A program made the translations under genes and the position numbers. From the NCBI GenBank assembly GCA_950097015.1, contig CATNEN010000032.1:744001-808000 (forward strand): a stretch of 64,000 nucleotides of DNA, given 5' to 3'. This stretch comes from Macrostomum hystrix. Its lineage: Eukaryota; Animalia; Platyhelminthes. The notes below the pieces were generated by a model, which worked only from the letters and a program-made list of their open reading frames with translations, did no database searches and was not told the origin of the DNA. Positions 1 through 9,860 of this stretch are shown one piece after another (position 1 is the first letter of the stretch; the number at the start of each line of letters is the position of its first letter).

Positions 1-707
1 AGACTAAATAAACTTCACTTATGTCCAAAAATGTTAAAATGTATAATCACTACTATCGAGTCTCTTCATTGAGACGATTTGTCAGCGTGTGAAGTAAATG
101 TCGTGCATCTGCTGAGTCTACCCAGCTATAATTGGGTATCGGTTTTTAGCTGGATAATAATTGAGAAGGCCAGCTTTCTGCAACTTCCGTATAACAAAAA
201 ATTCTGCTTTTAGCAGGTAAGGGCATTTAGGGGTGGCGTGGCGTTCGTTGAGATGGCTGCCAATATTCGCAGTCTACCACTGTTATTATTCTTGGTGTAA
301 TAAAACTACATAAAAAGAAAGGCAACTTACTAGGTTTAAGGCCAGCGATGGATCCCGGGCATAATTTGTGTATTCTGTCCAGGTCGAAACAACAGAACCC
401 TCTTGTGCCACGTCTCAAATTGTAGTGCTAGAGGTCGGTACGCTTGCCTGTGCTCTCATCAGTTCCGCGACGGCCGCCAGGCATGCCGATGTTCTTCGCA
501 CATTGTACAGGCCAAGGTAGCATAGGCCGAGAGGGGACATGAGATCAACCCCCAGTCTAGCTTCCATTCTTGATTTGAGTGAAGCGAGACCTGCTAAGCC
601 CTCAGGAAAGTTTAATGACGATGTATCGGCCAAAGAAGAAAGCGCAATGGGCGAGTGTGAGGCAGTGCCTGGCAATCCTGGATTTGTGGACAGCGGGTCC
701 CGAACTC

Positions 708-3020
708 TGCTGCGGGAATCGAGCGGGAATGTGAGCCAGCGGAATTTTTCCAATTTTTAGTAGCCAAATAATCGCGACCCACATAGCAGCTGGCCGCAGA
801 CCACAATCATTAATCTTAGGGCCGGGCTTGGGGCGGAGGTGAATTAAGTAGCCGCCGATTCCCCTTGCCTCGGATCTGTCTAGTCTCCTGTAGAAGTGAC
901 TGATCGCGGCCATAGCAATACTGTATGGACTAGTTTAGGTCATAATTCCCCTCCAAACCGCGATCAGATTGTAGGGATCACTCATGCGTCTAGAGTGAGC
1001 ATTAATTCTTCATGTCCCCTTTTCTTTACTGTAACCCGAGCCGAAGCTCGATTATGACCTTTCCCCCTTTAGATACATGTAACGACACTATAGGCAGGTC
1101 GGCGCCTGCGCTTCCCATATCCCGGCGGGATCACAATCATTGGCCGACTGCCGGCAGACGCTCCTAGTGGGGCATCTGGCGATTCTCGCCGCCGCTTCGG
1201 TGGGCAATTGGGGTGGCATAATGCCGACCCGATTCCTCGCTGACAGGCTGGCGAGCATGTGGGTTGCTTTGATGAATGCGGGGTTGACGGAGCTGCAGGA
1301 CTATTTAAGAAAGCGCGCTGCGCTGCCCCTAGGACAACCTTCCTCCCTTTCAACCTTTTTCCCTGGCTTCCACAAGCCTCCCTGCGAACCTCCCTTTGGA
1401 CCTTCTTCCCCTGTCCGGTCCCGGAACTCGGTTCGTGGACTCTCCCCCTTCTAGTCTAGCACTTAGCCCCTGAGCCTAAAGGCTCCAGAGCATAACTACA
1501 GGTAAATACCTGTTAGATCCCGCAAGCATAAGCCACCTCCTTGGGTGAGCTCCAATTGAGCATCGAGCTCCTTGCAGCCTGGCCCCTTGCCAGCTGTGTT
1601 TAGCAACTCCCTGTCTCGTTCCCCCTTTTATTTGCCCATCCCTGCGAGAGCGACGGCCTGCAGCAAAGTCAGCCAGCATCAGATAAGTAACCCGCGCAGC
1701 GGACACTAATTGTTATCCCTAAGGGATTTATTATTTAGCTAGTGGGGCAATCTGGGCAAGGGCGGTGTTTTAGCCTAATAAACTATTCATTACCAATATG
1801 CCAAACCTTAATAATTAGGCCAATTTAATAACAACCAAACCTTTTTATCATGCTATTCTCTTCTCTTTATTTTATCGTTAGACAGCCTTCAATCATGAGT
1901 GGCTAACTCATTAGGGGGTGGGCTCTGGTGATGCCTAGCTGAAAGCTGCGGCAGGAGGACAACTGTGAGCGCGCATGAGAGTAATAAGGAGCTAGGGATT
2001 TGCGAGTAAAATGCGGAACGTAGCGTGTGCATTGCTGCTTCGGGGCGGGGAATTCCTTGGCCGGCTTTCCTCTCTCACTGGCGGATTCCAGTGTGCGCGT
2101 CAAACTCCTTTGTCAATTGAAGTCTCCTTCTATTCCCCGCCCTCGTAACTACGGCCATGGGAGCGAGAGGCGTGATCTAATAATTACCGCTTGCATAATC
2201 ACTCAGCCAGTGTTCTGCTTAATCTCTCCTGCCTCTGATTTCCTCATCTCACACAGATTCGGATTTGCTAGTTATTTACTGTGCAGGCTGCAATCTAATG
2301 TAAGGAATGTGCCTGATGTTTCATGAGTAGGATTCCGGCTATGGGTTTCTCATTCGAGTTCGGAGTACCACCTTTCTAGACCACTGTAGCGCAGTTTCAG
2401 GAATCCCCTGTTGAGGCGTGTCTCGATTCATTCTGGGGTCTTAGCCCTAGTCTAAAACGGAAGTTACAGAATGCCCTATTTTTCGGCTTGTCTGAGATCT
2501 GTGTGACAAACTAGGAGCTGTGAACTCCGGGGACCCAAGTTCCCAAATGTCTGCGGTGGCAACGTAGGCGCATTGGGTGGTGGCGCTACCCTAGATCATT
2601 TTCCGCTTTGCCAATAGCCTTTCCGCATTTCTAAGACAAGAGCCTGGGCCGAATCGACCACTGCTACCACTGTTAGGAGTCAGTTATGTACATGCTACTG
2701 ATGACAGTAGGCTATCTAGCCCTGTCCTACCTGCTTGCGGGTAGTCCGATATCTCTTTAGACTTTAGCCGGTTTCGAGCACTGCTTGGGGTAGGCACGGC
2801 AGTCATGCCTGTGGCCTATGGGTTGAGTGGGACTGGCCAGCCTGAGGCCGAGAGGACCACTCCCTGCATCCACTGTCTCTCCCTTCATCTCTCCCTTCAT
2901 CCCTCTCCCCGCGATAAATCGCGAGGCTTTGCGGTACGACTTCTAACTCTATCGCCATTCCCACACTCCCTTTCTCTCTTGAGGACAGGTCATCGGATTG
3001 CAAAACCCGCACTCACTTCA
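708..3020 (+). repeat. 5' LTR of E1 (about 7 terminal bp missing)
   Basis: Matches 9868-12180; ORF translations from the two copies are identical except one SNP near the end (3013 T vs 12173 C); ends CTTCA. Confidence 0.9.
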
Positions 3021-3022
3021 AA

Positions 3023-3040
3023 TGGTGGCAGCGGTGGGAT
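3023..3040 (+). promoter_or_regulatory. Primer-binding site, tRNA-Leu type
   Basis: TGGTGGCAGCGGTGGGAT lies 2 nt after the LTR CA and is complementary to the conserved eukaryotic tRNA-Leu 3' end ATCCCACCGCTGCCA-CCA. Confidence 0.9.
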
Positions 3041-4340
3041 CTAGAAAGGGCGCGAAACGAACTTGAATTTCAATTGTTAGTTTAGCGCCGCAGATTTCTG
3101 TGGTAGCTAGCCGAAAGGGCTCCTTCTAGATTTTATTACCCATATGCCGGAGTCTTATCTCTAAAGGGTGAATCTCAGTTCTAGTGGCTGTCAGTTAATT
3201 TTCAAACAGTCGCAATTTGTTTTCAATTTAATTTAGGCTTTTGTTAGAGTTTCCAAAATTCTGATTAGTGACTTTCTACTATGAGTAGGCTGTGTGAGCG
3301 GACTTCATGCTAGAGTGTCTTCGGGTTATGTGACTGCTGCAGGAGTCAGGGACTGTCTGTGGGGTTTTCCCGCGTGACTGATCTGGGAGGGGCCATTCTT
3401 AACGAGGGACCGGGCAACGCCTTTCGGCCTTCTAACCGAGCGAGGGGAGCCCCCGGCAATGCAGCCGGGAATCGATGACTCGCCGAGCACCGGGGATTGG
3501 TTCTCTTGGGCAGCATGCAGGCCTGCTTACGTGTACCTGATTTTGAAAGTGTCACATAACTTTGACCAAGTCTGACTTTGGTGGGGAACAGTTAGGGAGG
3601 TGGGACTTTGAGGGAGGTCTAGCGACCCCCGTGCCCGCCTCTCGAAGCTGCCTACTTCAAGTATGGGCTAGAATTCGGTCGGCACGTCTTTCTAAGAAAT
3701 TATTTGAAGGGTTTTCTAAACGGGGTAACCAGGTTTTAACCATGGACTCCTATCCGAGCGAGATCCCAGGTATATCCCCCCTGGGCTTCCCAGTCTCGTT
3801 AATCGCGAGGGGGGCCCCCGGCAATGCAGCCGGGAAGCGATGACTCCCTGAACGAGTCGGGGATTAACCTTCTTCGAGTGACTTTTTGAGTCGTGTACTT
3901 TCCAAGGTAGGGTGATAGGCTGTTGCAGGCGCAAGCTTGCAGTAGTACTGACCCCGCCGTACCTATAGTGCAACAGTCCGCTATAGGGTTGCAGAACGAG
4001 TGCTAAGTTAAAACCTAGACTTCTATGTCCCAAACTTAAGTGCGCGCAAACAGTTGTCAGTAGCCAAGGCTGGAAGCAAAGCTAGCCAGGGCCCTGGGCC
4101 CTTTTCTCTCTCATTGATCTTTGATCCTTTTTGCGGTAGGGTTGCTCTCTAGGAGTAGGGAATTCGCCGCATCATTAATCAGGGCTGGACTTGACAGCTC
4201 AGGCTCGTTTCCTTTCCCCCCTGCACGATCTCCAGTCGTGATCTGTGTTTTCCTTTTCCTCTCCTCCCCCATTGTTGCATTTAGCGACAGACCCCCCCTC
4301 TTTTTCATTCGCAAAACCCTCATTCCTCTTTTGGTCGAAA

Positions 4341-5399
4341 ATGTCCGACCAGGAGGGTGAGGTGGTGGAAGTGGTTGGAGTCAACCGCCCACCCAGAGGC
4401 CGCGCCGCAGCTGCGGCGCGCGCCGAACCCCCAGCGGCTGCTGCAGCACAGCAAGCCGACCCTGTGGAGCGCCTAGCGCTGCTTTTAGAGCGACTAGAAG
4501 TGCGACGACCCCGGAACCACCGGGTCAAAGTTTCCATTGAACCCTTCGAGTCCCGAAGAGATTCCTTCCCCCTCTGGCTTCGCCGATTTAATCTGAAGCT
4601 GGAGGCGGAGGGTGTAGAATCCGAGGAAGAGAAAATCCTCACCCTCCTCGCTCACCTGAGTGGCGAGCCCCTCACCGAAGCGTTAGGGTTGCCCCGCCGG
4701 GCGACCTACCTTAGGTTTGTGCAGGACCTTACTGAGGTTCTCAGTGGCGCCTGCACCCCCTACGCCCGATTACTGAGTGGGCGCAATCTGAAGCAAGGGC
4801 GGGAAGAAACATACCCCGCCTTTGCCGACAGATTAAGGACAGCGGCCCTGCAGGCCACCCCCAATGGCCATGGCGTGCACTTTGAGCGCGCCCTGTTGGC
4901 CTCATTCATGGAGGGGATCGTGGCCCCACCGGAAGTTTTGGCACCCATCATGCGGATGGAGTTCGCCACGGCGGAGGCTGCCGCAGCCGAACTGCGTGCT
5001 GCTACCCAGGCCCACGAAATGGCGGTTGAGCGGGACCCTCGCCGGCGGGTGCGCCAAATTAGGGCGGAGCCCGACGACGAGCAGGTCCAACCGGAGCCGC
5101 TGCTTAAGCTGACAGAAGAGTTGGCCAAGGTGACTCGGCAGCTAGCTGAGGTTTCTCAGCAGCTGCGGGATACGCGGCCCAACTTCATTCCCCCTCTCTG
5201 CCCGCACCCAACCGGGCACCAGTGGTTCCCCAAACGTGCCGAGCACGGGGCCGCTAAGGAGGTGAACCCCAAGTCGGAAAAGGGAAATGGGAACGGGGCC
5301 GCCAATTGGAGGCAGTCCCACGGCCCCGAGACCCAGCCCGCAGCCCGACAGTCGGAGCGGCGGCAGTTGCTGCCTCCGACCTCCGAGAAGTCCGAGTGA
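4341..5399 (+). CDS. gag: Gag (capsid-like) protein of E1, 352 aa from ATG 4341
   Basis: FESRRDSFPLWLRRF...KILTLLAHLSGEPL...LKQGREETYPAFADRLR...ASFMEGI pattern of Gypsy capsid, coiled coil, position after PBS; no canonical CCHC knuckle. Confidence 0.85.
   Translation: MSDQEGEVVEVVGVNRPPRGRAAAAARAEPPAAAAAQQADPVERLALLLERLEVRRPRNHRVKVSIEPFESRRDSFPLWLRRFNLKLEAEGVESEEEKILTLLAHLSGEPLTEALGLPRRATYLRFVQDLTEVLSGACTPYARLLSGRNLKQGREETYPAFADRLRTAALQATPNGHGVHFERALLASFMEGIVAPPEVLAPIMRMEFATAEAAAAELRAATQAHEMAVERDPRRRVRQIRAEPDDEQVQPEPLLKLTEELAKVTRQLAEVSQQLRDTRPNFIPPLCPHPTGHQWFPKRAEHGAAKEVNPKSEKGNGNGAANWRQSHGPETQPAARQSERRQLLPPTSEKSE
5282..5328 (+). promoter_or_regulatory. Programmed -1 ribosomal frameshift signal
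   Basis: G GGA AAT (X XXY YYZ) in gag frame at 5282-5288, 5-nt spacer, 8-bp stem CGGGGCCG (5294-5301)/CGGCCCCG (5321-5328); the -1 frame is open into the protease. Confidence 0.8.
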
Positions 5400-5830
5400 A
5401 TGCGCTCGGCCGAGTCCCCACCCGAGTGCGAACCCGCCCAAATCGCTCTGAGCAGCTTAGTGAGGTGTGGGTCGCCTTGGAAGTGGAAGGGACACCCCTA
5501 GACCTCCTCATCGACACAGGGTCTATGGTGAATGTGCTCCCGGACTCGTTGTCATCGATCTTTCAACACTATCCATTCGAACCCCCGCAATTTTCTCTTT
5601 TTGCTTATAATGGAACACCCATTGTTGCACAGGCGCAAGTCAGGGTCAAATTACAGGTCGGCACCGAAGCGCTGGACACCGTGTTCTTGGTGGTTGAGGG
5701 CGACTGCTCTCCCCTGCTCGGTGCCTCCTGGTTGGCTCATCATCATGCCATCGTTGACTTTGACTCGCGCCACTTAATCATTTATCGCCAATTCCTCCCC
5801 TTTTCACTCAGGCGGAAGGCTAGATTTTAA
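5306..5830 (+). CDS. Retropepsin-type aspartic protease (C-terminal part of Gag-Pro transframe product)
   Basis: LLIDTGSMVNV active site and LLGASWL (ILG-like) motif; in -1 frame relative to gag; stop at 5830. Confidence 0.88.
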   Translation: MEAVPRPRDPARSPTVGAAAVAASDLREVRVNALGRVPTRVRTRPNRSEQLSEVWVALEVEGTPLDLLIDTGSMVNVLPDSLSSIFQHYPFEPPQFSLFAYNGTPIVAQAQVRVKLQVGTEALDTVFLVVEGDCSPLLGASWLAHHHAIVDFDSRHLIIYRQFLPFSLRRKARF

Positions 5831-5983
5831 ATGAGGGTCACCGTGACCTAGGGTTAATCACCATTTTCTTTCCTCGCCCACCCCACCCCCCTTCTCTGGG
5901 TGTCGACTTATTTAAGTAAGGGCCGGGAAAATTAAGCAGGGAAAGTTTTACTCTCGCTAAAAGGCCAAGAAACTAGTTTAGGC

Positions 5984-6595
5984 ATGGCAGGTAGAGAGAT
6001 GGCTTTAGCATGGTGGCTCGAGGTAGCTGCAACTGACTACCGCCGAGAACTCGCTGGCAGGCGCACCTGGCTAATGGTCCGCCTGTGGTTGCTGCCACTG
6101 CTAGGACAAGCAGCTCAAGTAGGCGTGGACCTCGCCCTCGCCTGCCGGCTAGCGGAGTCGCGTTGGCTGGCGCAAGCGTGGGGTGAAGAGCGAGACCCCT
6201 GTCCGCCGCGGGACGAGTACGAGGAAGCCCTGCCGCAGTACCTCCGGTGGCCGGAGTACAGCCCGCCGGAAGAATGGGGCATGTCAGTGCCTGAAGCCCT
6301 AGTGCCCTGGCTGCAATCAACCTGGATTCCGGGCAGGGCTGAGTTCGAACATCAGCTGGTGAGACTGTGGCTGCAACGTGGCGAAGCCGGCCCGACTCAG
6401 GAGTCAGGACACAGCTCTGTGCCTGGGAGGAGCTGGGAGCTGGGAAGATCAGCCGCCTCGCTGTCGCCGCCGGGCAATAGTACCCTCGGTCGCATGGTAA
6501 GGTTAATGGAGGGAGAAGAAGAAAGTGGGATTGAGGCAGAGAGCACAGCTATTGGGGAGGAAGTGGGAGATAGGGGAGAAGTAGGACCGGAGTAA
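5984..6595 (+). CDS. Orphan 203-aa ORF (Trp-rich N-terminal half, acidic tail) inside E1
   Basis: ATG in good context (GGCATGG), uninterrupted ORF immediately after the protease; no recognisable motif. Confidence 0.5.
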   Translation: MAGREMALAWWLEVAATDYRRELAGRRTWLMVRLWLLPLLGQAAQVGVDLALACRLAESRWLAQAWGEERDPCPPRDEYEEALPQYLRWPEYSPPEEWGMSVPEALVPWLQSTWIPGRAEFEHQLVRLWLQRGEAGPTQESGHSSVPGRSWELGRSAASLSPPGNSTLGRMVRLMEGEEESGIEAESTAIGEEVGDRGEVGPE

Positions 6596-6858
6596 GGGGG
6601 CTTTCAGTTTCTGGAACTTTCGCAGGGAGCACAGGGGTCAACAGCTTTTGATTCGACATCCCTTGTTCGCCTGAGCCTTTTCCTCGAGCTACCCTCCCTC
6701 CCGTTCCTTCGTTCCCTTTAGTAATAATTCGCACTCTGCACCGTTTGTTCTTTTCTTCCTATTGTGCATGTTTTCCCTTTTCATCTAAAGCCGCCTTGGC
6801 AAAAATCTCACACAAAAACTCTTATAAATTTAGTCAAAACCACAAAAATACACATAGT

Positions 6859-7744
6859 GGGGTGAAATTCCCCTGATACTTTTTCACAGGAGATGCTTAT
6901 CTAATTGTAGCAAACTAGGGTATGCACCTTCTTTTCTCAAATAGCATCTACTTTTATTCGCACCACATCATGCATGGCACCTTTGCTTTATCTTTTTACT
7001 TCTAGTCCCTGTCCCTGTACCAGCGTGCGCGCCTAACGCGGCCTTCTGTCCTGCTGAGTCAGCGGCGACTGCGGCTGGCCGGGCATGTCATCCGCGCCGA
7101 AGCCTACTGCCCAGAGCCGCTGCAGGATGTCCTGCTGTGGACCTCGCAGGGACCGCGCAGGCGCGGCCAGGGACGAACAGCCCGCTATATTGACCGCCTT
7201 TTTGAAGACGCCCGAGCACCCAGCCAGGCGGCAGGCGTGAAGCACGTCAGAGACCTGGCACTGAAACGCGCGTTTTGACGCTCCCCCCTCTTGGCCACTT
7301 CTGTGGTCGGCGTGGAGTGTAACTATTATTATTATTATTATTACTTCTAGTGGGTCTGAGGGAGTTCAATTTAGGACAACTTCTAAATTAGGAGGGACAC
7401 CAACCCGCTAAAGTGAGCGGGGTGGTATGCCTTGGGAAATTCTATGATTCTTCAAGGGTGGGAAGGCGGTTCAAATCAAAAAAAGGCCATCTCGGCCCCA
7501 AAACCTCTTAAAAATTCATATAAACTAATCAAAAAAAAAAAAAACATACTTAATGGGGTGAAATTCCCCTCGTAAGAATTTTCAAATGAAATATTTTCGT
7601 ATTAACTGCCGCAAACTAGGGTGCGCACCTACTTTTCTTAAAGTTGCTTATCTCACATGTTCTCTATGTTTGGTTTCGGGAGTTTAGCTATACCGGTTTC
7701 AATTAGGGGGAATACCAACCCGCTAAAGTGAGCGGGGTGGTATG
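6859..7744 (+). repeat. Two interleaved duplicated hairpin motifs (A-B-A-B) in the E1 internal region
   Basis: A: GGGGTGAAATTCCCCT...GCAAACTAGGGT(AT/GC)GCACCT at 6859 and 7555; B: exact 31-mer ACCAACCCGCTAAAGTGAGCGGGGTGGTATG at 7399 and 7714. Confidence 0.85.
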
Positions 7745-8259
7745 TTTCGGGAGTTTTTCTTAATGTTTGTTTAAAGAGTGGGCGGTTGTAAATCAAGAAG
7801 CCGGTAGGGTCAGGTATTCAAATTCTAGGGGGGACAAGCTGGAGGTTTCAATGAACCACAGATTGAATGATAATTTTTCTTTTGTTCGGGCTAGAAAAGA
7901 CAAAAAGGGAAACATTATTTGGGAGCCAGAAGTTAGCAGCTGGGAGTTCAAATCTAGGTACCTGGATAGTAATAAATCGTATGAATTAAGGTTCCAGGCG
8001 TTTCAAAAACTCATTAACAGTCTATCAGTTTTTTTGGTTACTAGGCGGCTGTAAAATTGAGCAGCAACGTTCAACTAAGAAAGGAAGTCGGACACAGATA
8101 GCAAATTCTCGTTTTACATTTCAAATGGTGGCGTTTATTTCGTAACGTACTATGTGGTATTATTGTTTATTACAAGAGATGGTAGAAATGCACACAGATA
8201 GCATGGCAGTCAGTAAGCATAGCATGGCACGGCGAGTCGGTAGGCGTAGGAGGGCAGTG

Positions 8260-8475
8260 TCACATTAGGTAGACTAAAGCCAGCAACGTGAGGGCAGCGA
8301 AGGCCATTCCAACAGCCAGGGCCATGCCCAGCGGGCCCCTAATAAAGCCGGTCACTATGGCCGCCAAATCTGCCTCGCGGCCTTCGGGCACGTTAATGTC
8401 TGCAAGAGTAAGGTGGGTGAGTAGTTTAGTGAGGCGCAGTGGCGTTCTGCAGGCGGAAGTTTCAAATGGTGACAC
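8260..8475 (-). CDS. Candidate antisense small transmembrane protein in E1
   Basis: C-terminal hydrophobic run LGMALAVGMAFAALTLLALVYLM; start is GTG, an upstream ATG would be in frame if the G7 run at 8483-8489 were G6. Confidence 0.35.
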   Translation of the reverse strand: MSPFETSACRTPLRLTKLLTHLTLADINVPEGREADLAAIVTGFIRGPLGMALAVGMAFAALTLLALVYLM

Positions 8476-9835
8476 CCAGAGTGGGGGGGAAGTGTAGGTT
8501 TGTCAATGCCAACTTACTCATCACAAACGACACGGAGATGGGGCCGCCCGACGCGGTCCGGCGCCGAGACTCCGGCTCGTGGAAACCGAGCGGATAGCTG
8601 CTGGAAGCGAAGGGTGGTGCAGTATGTTTAGGTGGTGAAAGGAGGGTGGTGGAAATCGCAAACTAAAATAACTTTCAATTTAATCAATCACTAACTCAAG
8701 AAGGGTTTTCGCTTTTTCGCAATGTCGGGTCGGGGCCAAGTTCAAATTCTCGGGATAAATGGCGTGCCGTGGGTAAGGGGGACTCTAGTTATCCTAAGGA
8801 TTATGACATAACCCTCGCAATTATCCTTAATAACCGGCCTTGGGGGGCCGAGTAGAAGCAATAACTCACCTTTCGTCTCCAGGTTGCTGCTGGGCCATTG
8901 AGTCGGACGAACGAATAGGATATCGGAAGCTTATGTTTATACACTTCGGTAGTTTATGTTGATGGATTTCGGAAAAAAAACGGGGCTTTGTTGTGGTTGG
9001 AGATAGCAGGAGATGGCAGGATTGAGTTTAAAGGGGCGTGAAGTGGTAGTTTATATAGCACCTAAGTTTAGGGGTTAAGGTGGCGGGAATGCCAGCCAAT
9101 AGGAGCAAAGTGGGAATTCCGGGCAAAACCAGTTTAGGGGGCCCATGGTAACAGTTTAGTTGTTGGGGCCCTGACCTTTTCGGTGAGAAGACGCCTCGGC
9201 CGGCAACAGCATCACAAGCGGCCTGAGCAGCGGTTTCCCCAGCTGCGACCAGCTGCAGCGCCGATTGGGCCGCGCGCAACGGCTAGGCAACCGGCCCGAC
9301 GAGAATTTTCGGGCCTGGCCAGCTGAGAACACCTGGGCGCGCGGCGAATAAGAGGCCACCACGGCCCGGCAACGGAATCGGGAAGGCGCGAACGGGCCAA
9401 CCAACCTGGAGCCACCTGGGGAAGAGTACGGCCGGACCCTCGGACTTAAGAAGGAAACGGCCGGAGCCTCCCAGGATTGCGCAACCGAGGCCAAGCCGGG
9501 CAAGGAAAGACTGGGACAGCTGTAGCCACCTGGAGGAGAAGGCGAGCCGGGACACGGCACCCCTGGGCAGCGAGGACAACTTTAACTCAGCCGGAATGCG
9601 CACCCACCTCCCCTCAGGACTTTATCCCTTAGTCGCTAGGGGCGCCGACCGTTTTACACTCTAGCACAAAGCTATTTATAGCAGTATTTTACGTACGATA
9701 ACCTAGGATTTCTTCTCTAGCGGAATTCTTCTTAGGGTTCTGTACAGTATGTTGTAGGTAATTTTTACTATTTTTTCCCCTCGATTCTCGAGACACCCCG
9801 CTACTACTGACAGTAGGCACGTAAGTGTCTTACGT

Positions 9836-9858
9836 GAAAGTGAGCGAAGGTGGAGTGA
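9836..9858 (+). promoter_or_regulatory. Polypurine-tract-like sequence of E1
   Basis: GAAAGTGAGCGAAGGTGGAGTGA directly before the 3' LTR. Confidence 0.55.
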
Positions 9859-9860
9859 TG

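Noticed and set aside
415-760. ORFs or a possible exon left of E1
   Set aside because: No motif and ambiguous strand.
1069-3044. Short ORFs inside the E1 LTRs (repeated at 10229-12274)
   Set aside because: No motifs, and overlapping on both strands; identity between copies only reflects LTR duplication.
6859-6873. GTGAAATTC resembling an SSU rRNA helix
   Set aside because: No surrounding rRNA similarity; treated as a local hairpin.
8461-8475. MSPFE start matching MSPYE/MSRFE of the A/B microproteins
   Set aside because: The M is a GTG and the rest does not align; likely coincidence.
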